Source of the DNA: Octopus sinensis | Taxonomy: Eukaryota | Reading direction: 5' to 3' | NCBI RefSeq assembly: GCF_006345805.1 | Contig: NC_043006.1 | Location: 58,218,001 to 58,282,000, forward strand | DNA length: 64,000 nt | In this document: positions 11,229 to 25,590 of the stretch, one piece after another | Numbering within the stretch: the stretch's first letter is position 1 | Layout: every line of letters begins with the position of its first letter | Program-made: the position numbers and the translations under genes | Notes under the pieces: generated by a model | What the model was told of the DNA's origin: nothing | What the model saw: the letters and a program-made list of their open reading frames with translations, nothing else | Database searches by the model: none

Positions 11229-14200
11229 TATCTTTCAGATTGTTTTAAATTACGATTATCTCGGAATTTAATGTGAAAAAAATGGGTGGGGGCAGGTATA
11301 TCACACATTTCGAATTTGTTTCCTCTTATGTTTTGATGATTCAATTACAATTATGTTACGGGAAAAATTACTTTTGACACCCATGCGATCCCTGCTCTTT
11401 CTAGCATACTAAACGAACACATTGAGGATGGTCCATTTTTGAGTTTATTAAATTGCGAAAGAAATATGAATTGAATAATTAGTGCTAGTATTGTACTCTC
11501 CTTTTTTATTTCTCTACTGCCCACAAGGGGCTGCACACAGAGGGGACAAACAAGGACAGACAAACAGATTATATCGACTCCAGTGCGTAACTGGTACTTA
11601 TTTAATTACCCCGAAAGGATGAAAGGCAAAGTTGACCTCGGCGGAATTTGAACTCAGAACGTAACGGCAGACGAAATACCTATTTCTTTACTACCCACAA
11701 GGGGCTAAACACAGAGGGGACAAACAAGGACAGACAAACAGATTAAGTCGATTATATCGATCCCAGTGCGTAACTGGTACTTATATAATCGACCCCGAAA
11801 GGATGAAAGGCAAAGTTGACCTCGGTGGAATTTGAACTCAGAACGTAACGGCAGACGAAATACCGCTAAGCATTTCGCCCGGCGTGCTTTACCCCTTTCT
11901 ACAAAGGTTTCTTTCAGGGAATTTTCGGGAAAGAGTAGAATAGACTTCAGATGTGATTTTTTTCAACATCTTGGCATAAGCGTGGCTGCGTGGTAAAATG
12001 CTTGCTTTTCAGCCATATAGTTCCTGGTTCAGTCCCACTGCGTGGCCCTTTGGGATAATGTGTTCTACTATAACTTCGGGGTGACCAAAGTCTTGTGAAT
12101 GGATTTGTTTGACGGAATCCGAAAGAAGCCCGTCGTGTGTGTGTGTTTGTCCGCCACCGCTGCTTGACAACTGGTGTTGGTGTATTTTCGTTCCCGTAAC
12201 CCAACCGTTTGGCAAAATAGACGCTTAGAATAAGTACCAGATTTTTAAAGAAGTATGTACTGAGGTCGATTCGTTCAATTAATATTCTTCATGGCGATGC
12301 TGTAGCATGGCTGCTGTCTAATGACTGAAACAAGTAAAAGATAAAAGATGATTATATTTATATGAAAACAAAATGGAGATGCGGGAAATAACCGAACCCA
12401 CCCCATTTATTTTATCAAACTAAATTTTGATATAAACAAAATCTACACCGTCAGAAAGTTAATTGTAGAAAATTTCATTGAAAAAATATTCATTTTACTG
12501 AAAGTTATAAGGTAACAAATCGGACCGGGTGAATTATGTGAAACACCTCGCCTTCTGCAATTTTTCCCAATTGACATAAGCAATTTAAAACCATTTTGCT
12601 TATTCAACAACACGAACAACACCCGGCAAAAATGAAAGGATACGTTAAGTTGGCTGCTGCTGGGTAATAATTTGTAGATAATAACATTGCAAATATTTGA
12701 GCAACCTTTATATTTCCTGAAATATAAACAGACGTTTAAAAACACCAACCGCACGCGCGTATGTGTGTATCAGTTTCTTTTTAATTGTTTTCTATGTGTC
12801 ACCAGATGTGTCAACCGTTTTAAGTAGGTAATAAAACAACACGTGTTCTTAGAAACATCATAAAAGAGTTTGAGAAGTAACAGTTATTCAAACAGAGAAA
12901 ACAAAAGGTTTCAAATTAAATCATGGATAAAGAAAAAAATTTACGGATCTTTACCTTTTGACCTACAGGTTTAAAAAAATAGTTTTTTGTAACTTAACAC
13001 TTTCAAACTTCGGACACTGGTAGAATGTGTCATATAAAACATCTTTTATTCCTAGCATTTTTGAGAAAAACTTATATTTACAAAGTAATTTTACGTTAAA
13101 GTAGTCCTATTTCGGTAATTTCAACCAATCAATGACGTGTATTCAGCTGATTACTGCCGTTGTTTGTCAACAACAACTATCGGCTGTGTATCACTTCCTT
13201 GTGGAATAAAAACATGAAAATGTACTTTTCGATGCTGCAATGGGTAATTTTGATGACGCGAATGCACACTCAGGAGTAATGTATAAAACTTAGACATAAG
13301 TTTATATAGAGACGATAGTCTAGAGTAGGCTTGTAGCTTGAGCTCCTGTCGGTTAATTGTTATAAGAGAAACAATCTCTTCTAGATTAAACTTAGTCAAG
13401 TTCGAAAGTTTGGAATTTGCAGCAGCTTTTTTTCTATACTTTATAAAGTTCTTAAAGTATCTAATCGTTGGTAGACATGTGTTGCACTATTTCATCCTCC
13501 TTTGGAATCATCAGTATGGCATAACGTGAGACAAATAAATTAAGCTAAATTCAACATTTTATGAAATTAAGTATGTATAATCGAGAAAAACAGCTTATAG
13601 TTTAAAAGGCATTCTTGTTTTGTTTTTTTTTTTTTTCATGCTATACCTTTAATTGTTCAGTAAAGAGAGAGGGAGGGGGAAGTTTCTTATATGTAGGTTC
13701 ATATTTCCAGGGCTTAAATAAGTAAATTTGCATTTTACACTGAAAAAATATCAAGAAATTGATCACCGAAAAACTGCTTGATCTCTCCCTCTCTCTGCTT
13801 GGATTTTACCTTGAAAATGTCACAGCTGCATCTCATATTCGTAAAGGATTCATTGTAACATTAGCAGCAGTTACCATTACTGTCATCATTGACAAGTAGA
13901 CGAAATAACATGGCTACTAGCGAATATGATGTGGTGACAATTAATTTCAGTTAATTCACATTACAACCATATTGATAAGAAACACTCGTCGTTGTAGTCA
14001 TCATCAGCAACACCGTCGTCACGACTGCATTCCATGAATTTTACAGGTCATCATTGTTCATGTCAGTTCCAATTGGGAGCCACTACTCTCGTACACTAGT
14101 GCTTGTACGTGCCATTCTGGCTTGATTCATACGGGATGTCTTTCCTATCAACGACCACTTTATACAGTAACAGAGTGTATTTTCTCGTGGCACCAGCACT

Positions 14201-16694
14201 AGAGAAGTTATTGAGCCCTCCCTGGCGAGACACAACTAAAGGGACGTTTAAACGAGCATTGAGCAAAAGCGCACCGCATAAAACATGGATCATCAGCCCT
14301 ACAAAAAGTAAAAAAAAATTCAAACTAATTCTTTGTTGGCCTACTATTTTTGAAAGCCCTGCAGGCCTCAGTTTAGATATGTTTGCTCTGAACGTTCACA
14401 CCTTCTCCACACATTCGCCTCCACTTTACAATGTGTATTGATTATCTGCTTCTGATCAAGAAATACAAGAAAGACTAGAAAATTTAATTACATTAACATT
14501 AATTTACTGTCCAAAGTTCGCTCTTTGTCATTTAGATGACCAGTCACGGCATGTTTTGGTTTTTATTAGGCCTGATCAGCAGAACAAGCTAACAAATTAG
14601 CGGAGTCGCGAGATGGTTGGATAAAATGCCTTGGAGTATTTCTTCTGACTTAGCGCTCTGAGTTCAAATTCCGCCGAGATCGAGTTCACTTTTCATTCGG
14701 GATCAATAATAAATTATCAATCCAAGACGATGCATTGATTAGACTATAACAATGTCAAACCAAATGTCTTGCGGTATTCGCTCTGTCTCTTGGCGTCCAG
14801 AGTTCAAATCCCACCATGGTCTATTTAAGTGGTAGACATGATCCATTGCTTTGTTTAGCACCAACACCTGTCACTTTGGTGTTTTTTAACGGAATCCAGT
14901 TTGTTATAAACATTCAAACTAGGCTTATAGTTTGAGGATAACTTCTTCCCTCCTTTCCACCAGTCCCGAATGCCTTGTCATGTGTGCAGTCTTCCTTCCT
15001 GACTGACAAAAAAAAAATGAAAACAATTACTGCCAGATCTGTGATTAACAAAAGAATCCAGGATTTTCATGAACAAACACTGAGCAGAATGTAAGCTTAA
15101 AATAGCGATTGGGGAAATTTACCCAGGCACATCTGCTGCATGAAAAATACTGAACTAGAGTCGCGCGAAAAAGTGTTGAATCAGATGTATATACATAATC
15201 ATATTTAACACGTTCGTATACACTTGGACGTGAGAAGACCATTCACTTCAGAAAAAGTCTCAGGAGAAACTACTCCTCGTAGACAATTTGTACGAAAACA
15301 TATAGGGCTATGAATTACGTCATTGGATCCAATGACGCAATCTTTACGCTCATCAATGAATGTATTATTTGTGATTCGTTTATATGAAAACACCTGTTCT
15401 TATAGGGTTGTGAAACGCTGATTCAGTATTAGTAACTGATGAAGCATAACGACACAGAAATGCATGCGTTTTCGATCCAATGACACCATTCATAACCCAA
15501 TGTATTTTCACATATACGGTCTACGAGAATTTTCTTCTGGGATTATTTCTGCGAAAGGCTTTCCTATGTTCCAGAGTAAACGAACGTATTAAATATCATT
15601 GTACACACACACATATGTAACATCAAACTGACTGGTAACAAATATGAAATGTAGTGAGCCAAGAAATGTTCGTTCATTAATTCAAATTACACCCATAATA
15701 AAAAGAAATAATCATTTTAATTAATGACTCTGGTCAAAACAAGGTAGGAGAGACGCCTCTAGAATTACATTTCATTAAATATAGACAGCAGTGTGAAGTG
15801 TAATTTTTGTCAGTATGGTGACAACAGTATGGTGAAACAATTTAACTGCTATTGCCAGACACAGCTAACTGCTACGTGATACACCATATCAACACCAATT
15901 TTCTTTAATCTGTTGTCAAATCTCGCTTTAAAAAAATAGTTCAATTGGCAGAGTTCCCTAAATGCTGGATGTTCTGACACTGTGCACTGAGTTCAAAGCC
16001 TGTAATGACGACCTTTGTCTTTCGTCTTTTCAGGGTCAATAAAAATAATGTAAATCCAGGAGTGTAGATGAGCAGATCCGTTAGGATACAGGACAAGATA
16101 CTTTGCAATATTTGTTTTGGCTCCATGCAAATAGGTTAAAATCCTGCCCCTCTCAACAAAAAGGTGATAGTTCAATCAAGAATTGCCGCCAACACGTAGT
16201 ATTAGCAATTTGAAAACTAAAAAAAAAAAAGAAAATGGAAACAATTTCTTCAGTTCCATCAGAAGATCAATTGCCACCACCACCACCACTAAATAAAATC
16301 GCTGCCAGTCAGTGATATATCTCAATGACAACTAATCCTTAAGCAGACACAAAACTTGGAGATTTAAATGACTACTCTTAAAGTATTGTGGAAAGAGACT
16401 ATTGGTTTATGAAGAGATGAGAGCAGAATATAAAGAACATTTGAAGAGTAAGATACTGAGAATAAAAATATACCATTTGTATATTGGCAGCTATACAAGA
16501 TCTATCAGGAGAAATGATCCCATCCTTACTCTTTCTAACACCCAAATTGCATTCATGAACTGTAACATGCATATAGAAATAAAACGTCAGAGTTACAGTC
16601 CTGATAAAACCCAAGTAACTGATTCGCACATATGAATGGGGCAGTTACCCAAATTTGTTTTCTTGTGTATTTTAAATCATATCCTTTTAATATA

Positions 16695-17180
16695 CACTAG
16701 CTGTATAGTCCGGATTTGTTCGAGATTAGGTAAGGATTATTAAGCTAATCAAGTTCTTTATTTCAAACCAAACTAAATAACATCGACGTCGAATTTGGGC
16801 GAAATCCGTTGAAATTGGTAAGCTTTGGGCGGAAAATGAGTTGCAATCAACTTGATTGGGTAATCCCATAAGGAATCGGTTTATCGATTTTTTCCTTTCT
16901 GGTTTTTGGAGAAATTATAGCATTCAAAGATCCCATGAGTCCTAAGTAATGTTGGCATCAAGTTTAAACAAAATACATCAAAATTGGTAAAAGTTATGGT
17001 TGAAAATGGGGTATAGCCAATTTTATTGGGAAATCCTATAAGGAATCAGTTTATCGATTTTTTTAATCCTGATTAAATGGAAAACCCCAAAAGGAACCAG
17101 TTTATTGATTTTTCACCCCAAATAGGACTTAACCAAACACAATACTGCTGATTCAAAAACATCTATATTTATACTTGAAA
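16695..17180 (+). mobile_element. Non-autonomous Helitron/Helentron-like repeat with internal subrepeats; inverted partial copy at 18415-18499
   Basis: Begins actagctgtatagtccgg, has three copies of the subrepeat ggaatc(a/g)gtttatcgatttt, and its last ~85 bp recur inverted at 18415-18499. The class assignment is tentative. Confidence 0.4.
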
Positions 17181-18569
17181 GTTGGTTTTCACACCCAACC
17201 CAATTCTGCAGAATCAGTGTCGCGACGGGAGCTCATGAGTTGGGAGTTTGATCGGCAGGGGTGATCAGGTTGTACATTCCAGCCCTTTGAAAACACCACC
17301 CCCATTATCTAACCCCCTTTGCCCATGGGTTGGGAACCCTTCCAGCAAGGAAAATAGAATGCCCAAAAGGGCTCCTGATTCTCTGTGTCAGAAGCGATTA
17401 TATCCAGATCACAACTACGTTTTAAGTATGTATATATATACTTAAGACTATGGACAACACACACTCACACACGTACGTACGTACCCCTAATGCATGTTTT
17501 TAGTACACATACATGTGTGTGTGTGTGTGTGTTGCCCGTATATCAACAAAACACATTTTTCCTCGATGGAAAAAATACAACAAAAGTCTTAATAGAAACT
17601 TACTCGTCGCTAAAAGGGGACTTAACTCCTGTGTGTAAACAATGGTGATTTCCCGACTTGAAAATTTATTTTTACTGCTATTCGCTGATGTCTCTGGGGA
17701 AAATAAGTTGACGAAAATACAGCTAGGATCATGACGAATGTCCTAAAATTGGAGCGTCATGCGTGCTAATTTGTGGACGTGCATAAATTACATTCACATA
17801 CACACACACATTCTGCCTTTTATATACACAGATAGTCATTTAATTATTTTGAGTAACTTTAACACTTTAACAAGTCTTAACATAGTGAAAGATCTCTGCC
17901 CCATTCTTCATTTCTTTATAACTTTGTATGTACATACCCACATGCTTTAATATCCCCTTTGTCACAAGTATATCTGTCAACATACCCATTTCCATCCTGG
18001 TAAGAGTCAAACAATTTATTAAGCAAGTTTTTTTTTACAGCTAGATGCTTTTCTTGTCACCAACCCTCACTTGTTTCAAAGAAGCAACTTCCTCCGACAT
18101 TTGAACAATGAACAGCTAGTGGCCATACATGTTTCTGCAACAGATTGTAAACAAAATTCTGCATTCAGATTCCACAAAGGGGGATTTTGCCTTCATCCTT
18201 TTAGGGTCCATAAAATAAGTGCCAACTGAGCACTGTAAATGACAAATCCCTCCACCCCATCCCACTAATATGATGTCTGTTCATCTAAGATCGATCCCTA
18301 ACCATTTATATAATAAAGTCCTACAGAATGTTAGTGCTGTCATTTTTTTATGACTAGCTCTATCCTGTGATCACACCATTTCTCTGCAGAACTGGGCTGG
18401 GTGTGATAACCATCTTTAAAGTATAAATATAGATGTTTTTGAATCAGCAAATATTGTGTTTAGTTAAGTCCTATTAGGGGGTGAAAAATCAATAAACCAA
18501 AATTTGAAATATTTCTTTATACCTCCTCACAGTTTCTAAAAAGTTGTTTCAGTTTCTTTTATGGTTTCT

Positions 18570-18785
18570 CCATCAGGTCTGAGACCTCAGAGAGAACTTT
18601 CTCAGGATACAAGCAGTGCCAAATAAGGTAGTTTCTAGTAGTACTGGCAACATTTGATTTTAAGCTGGTCAAGAAATTGTGATAGTATCTTCGAGACAGT
18701 TCCCTGTGCTCATACCACTACAAGAATAACTTTAGTAGTGGTGTTCCACATTCTTTCTAGATTCACTTCCAGCTTTGCATAGTTT
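18570..18785 (-). mobile_element. Decayed RLE (R4/Dong-like) LINE C-terminal fragment
   Basis: Minus strand YAKLEVNLERMWNTTTKVILVVV*AQGTVSKILSQFLDQLKIK resembles the KYxxLxxExxRMWxxxxxVIPIVVGALG motif. Confidence 0.7.
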
Positions 18786-19877
18786 AATCTTTTACTTGTT
18801 TCAATCATTTGACTGTGGCCATGCTGGGGCACCACATAGGTAATCTTTTCAACTTCTTAAACTGCTACATCAATAATGAAAGATTCATGGGGCCTCTTGG
18901 ACCACTAATATGATGTCTTATCTAAGATTGATCCCTGACCATTTATATAATAAAGTCCAAGAGAATTTTAGTGCTGTCAGTTTTTTATGACTGGTTCTGT
19001 CCTGTGATCACACCATTTCTCATGCATAGCGGCTTACATAGTCTTCATTGAACATACTGACTCACTTTGCTGTTGCTGGACTTGTATTCACTTTGTGCAA
19101 GTACCCCACATGCACTGACAAAGTGTGTAAAATACTACTATATGTCTATTTTCTAACTTCAAACTCTGCCAGAATAAACAAAAACAACATTGAAAATATA
19201 ACTTCCAACTGAGATGAGATATATAACAGGATAGATTTTATTTGTCAACTCTCTAAGTAATTGACAGAAGTGTATAAAATCAACTTTGTCTTTTCCATTG
19301 CAAGATAATAAAGTACTTTTATGCCAAATGGAAATGAATTATTGTCTCTGACTCAACAGAAATCAAACAATATTGAATTTGGTTTCACTAATCAAGACAA
19401 ACATCAAAATAAATATGTGTGAGTTGGGAGGTTCTACATGGTTGAATGAGTTGCTAGACACAGCAGCCAAACTCTTTCAAATCACTCTCTACCATCTTGA
19501 AAAAAAAAATGGGGAAGACACATTGGACAATGCAGTCCTAGATATACAAAAAGACAAGATGGTCATGGCTGGAATGCATTTGATTAGAGTTGATGTGGGG
19601 GTTAAATAACAACACTGAATAAAATACATAAAAGTTGCATATTTCAGTTCCATATAAAAATATGGATTAATAGAGAGACAGAGAGAGCGAGAGGCAAAAA
19701 TAGTGAGAGAGAGAGAAGAAGAAATAAGAAGTCCTTAAAATGGATGTAAGAAACAGCAAATATGTCCAAGATGATACGAATTTTGATTTAAAGTCAAAGA
19801 TTCACAATTTATTATCTATTATTGACTTGTAACTAATTCAATGGAAAATATCACTGGATCCCTTTGCTTTCAAACAT

Positions 19878-20613
19878 CTCACCTGAATTATCACTTTAAT
19901 ATTACTAAATTCATCTGCATTATCACTTTAATATCACCAAATTCATCTGCATTATCACTTTAATATTACCAAATTCATCTGCATTATCACTTTAATATTA
20001 CCAAATTCATCTGCATTATCACTTTAATATTACCAAATTCATCTGCATTATCACTTTAATATTACCAAATTCATCTGCATTATCACTTTCATATTACCAA
20101 ATTCACCTGCATTATCACTTTCATATTACCAAATTCACCTGCATTATCACTTTCATATTACTAAATTCACCTGCATTATCACTTTCATATTACCAAATTC
20201 ACCTGCATTATCACTTTCATATTACTAAATTCACCTGCATTATCACTTTCATATTACTAAATTCACCTGCATTATTACTTTCATATTACTAAATTCACCT
20301 GCATTATTACTTTCATATTACTAAATTCACCTGCATTATTACTTTCATATTACTAAATTCACCTGCATTATCACTTTCATATTACTAAATTCACCTGCAT
20401 TATCACTTTCATATTACTAAATTCACCTGCATTATCACTTTAATATTACTAAATTCATCTGCATTATCACTTTCATATTACCAAATTCATCTGCATTATT
20501 ACTTTCATATTACTAAATTCATCTGCATTATCATTTTAATATTACTAAATTCATCTGCATTATTACTTTCATATTACTAAATTCATCTGCATTATCACTT
20601 TAATGTTATTAAA
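19878..20613. repeat. 32-bp minisatellite, about 23 copies
   Basis: Unit aaattca(c/t)ctgcattat(c/t)acttt(c/a)atattac(t/c). Confidence 0.95.
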
Positions 20614-23412
20614 CTGATATCTCAACTAAACATATGAATCATCTTTAAGTGTAAAATTTACAAAATAAAGAATAGCCTAAATAATATCATACAGTTTAAA
20701 CTCAAACAGGTTGAACGCTTTCTAATTAGGAACCGGTACTGAGTAAAATGATTGTGTCACCATAAATAAAACAGAACAATGTTACAAAAACACCTCATTC
20801 AGCAGATAATGCCACTAAATCATGTTTAAAACAACCTTGCCATAACTCTTTCAATCTCCAAAGGTTCCCAACATGGGTCAGATGGTAGCAGGGACCCAGT
20901 AAAATTTGAAATAAAACAAGGGTTTATTAGTTAACATAGTCACATATGAAAGTAATAACCTACAGAAAGTTATGTAGAGAAAGTCATGTACCTTTTGACC
21001 CTCTCTTTAATGTCAATATTTACACAAGTGGGTTTTTTTTTATTTATTAAACTCAGAAAGCAAAATTGGAAATATTAAAAAAAAAAAATGTAAAGTTAAA
21101 AATAACAGTGGATTCTAAATGTGTGAATATTTCAGTAAAAATTTCTTTGTTGTTGTTTTTTTTTTCTTAAGATCAGTAGAAAAATAACTCTCACAAAGTT
21201 TGGATATTAAAATCATTTGTCATTTGTCCCTTGGTAATAGCAGTTATTGCATTAACCAGCACAGATTAACACAGCAATGTAATGTTATTGGAGTTGTAAC
21301 ATCTACTGATATAATAATGAATCTTGTCACATTAGAAAAATGAACAAAAAAAAGAAAACAGTCCATTATAAAAATTGGTAAGGTATTAAAATGTGAAATA
21401 GTCATACATTATCATTTTGTACAATTATGCTTAGCTTCCAGAGAGAAGCAACAATATTATCATTATTGTTGTTGTCGTTATTATTATTATTATTATTATT
21501 ATTATACAAGAACAACTCAGTGGGTTCAGAAAACACAGCCAACTTTGGAAGAATGGACATTTTTCTTTCTTTCTTGCTTTTTGTTTGTTTTTCTGGTTTT
21601 TCTGGGATTTTTTTCTTTTCTTTTTTTGTATGCATATTATTTTTCATTGACTGAGCTGACTGTTGAAGTGGAGTTAATTCTGGAATTGCATGCATTGCAA
21701 CACTTTGTAGTCAGACATAGTCAAATGATTAAAGTGAACAATATTGCACTTGATTTGGAAATACAATCAGACAACATTTAACTGTTTATAGATTGCGGGG
21801 GTGAAATTAATCTCTATGAAGGTCATGTTAAGAGAACCTTCATAATAATCAAACAAGACAAACCTCATAACAATTATAAGGGGCACAGATAAAGTTACAG
21901 TGAAAATAAGTTTAAGGTATGTGTAATGTGAAATATGCTCATAACTATTTCAGGTACTATAGAAATATTCTGTACAAATGCAAGAGTATAAATAATATTC
22001 AGTTGGCTTATATACATGTATTGTTCTATTTTTAATTAAGTTGAATATTCTAATGAGTAAACTATAAAATTACAATGGAGACAGAGACCAGTTTAGAGGT
22101 GCTTTTCTTTTTTTAAATGTCAACATTGTTTTCAAATATTTCAAACAATACCAAAGTGCCTATTTGGCAGAAAAGGATTTCAGCACAAACAGGAAAGAAA
22201 TATTTTGAATGAAATTTTATCATTTTACTTTAGTAATTTTTCTTTTCATAATCAACTCATTTCCAACAAGCCTTTTCTCTCCACATTAATCAGCTTGTTT
22301 GTTTAAACACTTTGTTCAGGCTTTCATTTCTTTTCAAAAAATAAAACAAAATAGTTTATCATTATTTTTTTGTCATTGTTTTTTTAAAAAATATGAACTG
22401 ATACATTATTGTACACACACACACACACACACACACATTCACAAACACAGGTATATGTGTTATCTGCTCAAACAATAACCACTTCTATTAATATGGTCTT
22501 GCCAGTTAGAACAGTTAACAATAGAAAAAAATACCACAAAGACAGCAGAAATTTCAAAGATAAAAAAAAAATTCCCTTTGAAGAAAAAAAAAAACAAGTG
22601 TGTTGTTTTTCAAAAAGCACAGCAGATCAAAAAAAACATTTATTTCTTTTCTTTCACAATCAAAAATTCTTGTGTTATGTTGTTAAATTAAGTGTGAGGT
22701 ATTTTTTTTTCTTTTACCTATTGCTTTTTAGAAATGTTGGTATCAAATTATTGAATATTTAATTTTATTTAACAAATTTTATTTTGTTTGGTTTTAATTT
22801 TTTGTCTTTTGTTTCTTGCAAAGAATTTTAAATATATAAATAAGTTGCAGAATAAATATTTCAGGGAAATGAAATAATAAATAAATGATTAGAGAATGAT
22901 GAAAAATATTAGAGTTGGTGACAGAGAGAGAGAGTGGGGAGTGACTGACAGGTTTATTTGGTGTAATAGGGTGATAAGGGTTATTTCTTGAAACAGAAAT
23001 ATGTGAATATAGCTTCATGGGTGAACTGACATAGGTGATTAGAGTAAAAATATGGTTAACAGTGAGGAAAGAGTAACTTCAGATCGGTGAAGGGAGATAA
23101 AATATTTTAGATAAAAATTGAAGGGTCATCTGAAAATAACAATGAGTAGAGAGTGTGAAAAGACTAGAGAAATAGAAAGTCATAAAGGTTGGTTAAAAAG
23201 GAAGCTGAGTGAAACGTAAACTTAGGAAGATGTTCTTGATGAAGAAAGTTTTGAAGAATTTTTGTTACAAATGAATGAAAATTCAATGAAGTAAGGGGAG
23301 GGAGTGATTATCTGCACATTAATCAATCCTGTGCTATTGTTTGGGATAATTCCAAACGAGCAACAGTGAAAGAAAGCAGTCATGTAAGGCATCTCTCCAC
23401 ACACAAACAAAC

Positions 23413-23450
<38 letters not shown>

Positions 23451-23592
23451 AGCTCGTAGGAAAAGCCATCTCAGGCAGGTTTCATAAATGTTTTAATCAG
23501 GCAGGTTTACCAAAAATGGCAGTATTTGGTGGCAGCAGTAATTGAAGAGGATGTAGTAAAAAAGGTAGAAAGATGTCATAACATCAACGTCT

Positions 23593-23787
23593 TTAACGGT
23601 GATCACTGGTGTCATAGTCCAATAACAGTCGCAGTTCTTCAACTGACTTCCGTTCATGTTCCTCCAAGTGAGCACCTTCTTGGAGTTCATGCCTATTCAA
23701 AAGCAGTGTCCTAACACCATATATGCTTAAACCAAGATCCCGGAACAGAAGGTCACCCCAGTCACAGTCAAATTTGTTGATTTTTTC
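23593..23787 (-). CDS. KIAA0825: KIAA0825-like terminal coding exon ([10 protein letters not shown]...[25 protein letters not shown]...SDHR*)
   Basis: tttttatag acceptor, 64 codons + TAA. The LLxNRxE...LEEHE motif resembles the KIAA0825 C-terminus as remembered. Confidence 0.85.
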   Translation of the reverse strand, partial: EKINKFDCDWGDLLFRDLGLSIYGVRTLLLNRHELQEGAHLEEHERKSVEELRLLLDYDTSDHR

Positions 23788-24342
23788 CTATAAAAAAAGA
23801 AAAGCAAAATATTAAAAGGAAATATTTTTAATAGTATAAATAAAAAAAATTCATGTTTAATTACAGTTTCTTTAAATAGAAAGAAAAAAAAATACGATCT
23901 TTTCTCTCATGGACTCTGCAAATGGAAGGAAGCAACTGCCATAATTGGATATAAATTCATCATCATCATCATCATTTACTGTCCGTTGTCCATGCTGGCA
24001 TGGATCGGACAGTGAGACCACAGCTAGCAAGTTGAGGGGCTGCACCAGACTCTATTCTCTGTTCTGGCATGGTTTCTTGTGCCTATATATATATATATAT
24101 ATATATATTAGAAGAAATGAGGTAATCAGAAGATCGGATGGTTTATATTTACAGATATTTATTTATATATTACATTTTTTTACATATATATCATATCACT
24201 TAGATCATTAGCGCTTTCTCCCATTCTAGTGGGGTTTTCAAATCAAAATAAGTTCCTTTGTGGGGAATTTTAATCATTTTATAGAGTTTCGTAGTGATGG
24301 GGAGGAATATAAGACAGTACAAGAGGATGAGATGGATTTGTA

Positions 24343-24383
<41 letters not shown>

Positions 24384-25540
24384 CACACACACACATATAT
24401 ATACACACACACATGCACACACCTATATATATATATATGTATGTATACAGTTAAATACACTTCATTTATAAAAAAAAGCATTGTGTTTACAGAGAGATTT
24501 CAACAGATAGATCTTGAATCCTGAATTTCTTAACAAGCTACACTTCATTAAACCACCACCATTATTTTTATATCCACTTTCCCATGCTTATAAGGATCAG
24601 ACAGAATTCACTGAGACAGATTTTCTACGGCTGGATGCCTTTCCTGTCATCAACTCTCACCTGTGTCCAAGCAGGAACTAAAGGATACAACTTGCATCAT
24701 GGTAATATTTATCTATAACTATTGTATTTCAAGACAAGGAGACAGAAACACTCACACACATACACACATACATACATCATACACACACACAAATCACACA
24801 TATCTTTTATCTCTTACTGATTTCAGTCAGTAGATTGTGGCCATGCTGGGATACCACCTCAGAGTTTCTTTTAGTTGGCTGAATTGACCCCAATACTTAT
24901 TCTTTTAAACCTGGTACTTATTATTCTATTAGTCTCTTTTGCTGAACTGCTAAGTTATGGGGGACACACAAACACACTAACACTGGTTTTCAAGTGTTGG
25001 TGAAGGGGAGAAACACAGACAAAAAACACATACACACACACACATATGTATGACAGGCTTCTTTCAGTTTCCATCTACCAAATCCACTCACAAGGCTTCG
25101 GTCAGGCTGAAGCTATAGCAGAAGACACTTGGCCAAAGTGCCACACCGTGAAACTGAACCCAGAACCATGTGGTTGGAAAGCAACGACAAGGTTCTTTCA
25201 GTTTTTGTCAACCAAATTCACTCACAAAGCTTTGGTCAGCTGGGGCAACAGTAAAAGACATTTGCCAAAGGTCTCATTCAGTGAAATTGAAACTGAAGTC
25301 CCTGCCATTGTTGGGAAACAAGCTGCTTAACCATGCAACCAGGCCTACCTGAGATCTTTTTTCAAACAGCCTATAGGCGTAGGACTGGCTGTGTGGTAAG
25401 TAGCTTGCTTACAAACCACAGGGCTCCGGGTTCAGTCCCACTGCATGGCACCTTGGGCAAGTGTATTCTACTATAGCCTTGGGCCGACCAAAGCCTTGTG
25501 AAAGGATTTGGCAGATGGAAACTGAAAGAAGCCCGTCATA

Positions 25541-25590
<50 letters not shown>

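Noticed and set aside
14096-14441. Overlapping ORFs in GC-richer unique sequence as a second gene
   Set aside because: No recognisable domain and no phase-compatible neighbouring exons found; cannot be supported without RNA data.
23226-23288. Plus-strand mini-exon candidate (EDVLDEESFEEFLLQMNENSM) with ag/gtaagg boundaries
   Set aside because: Isolated, weak polypyrimidine tract, no partner exons; probably lies in the 3' UTR of the minus-strand gene.
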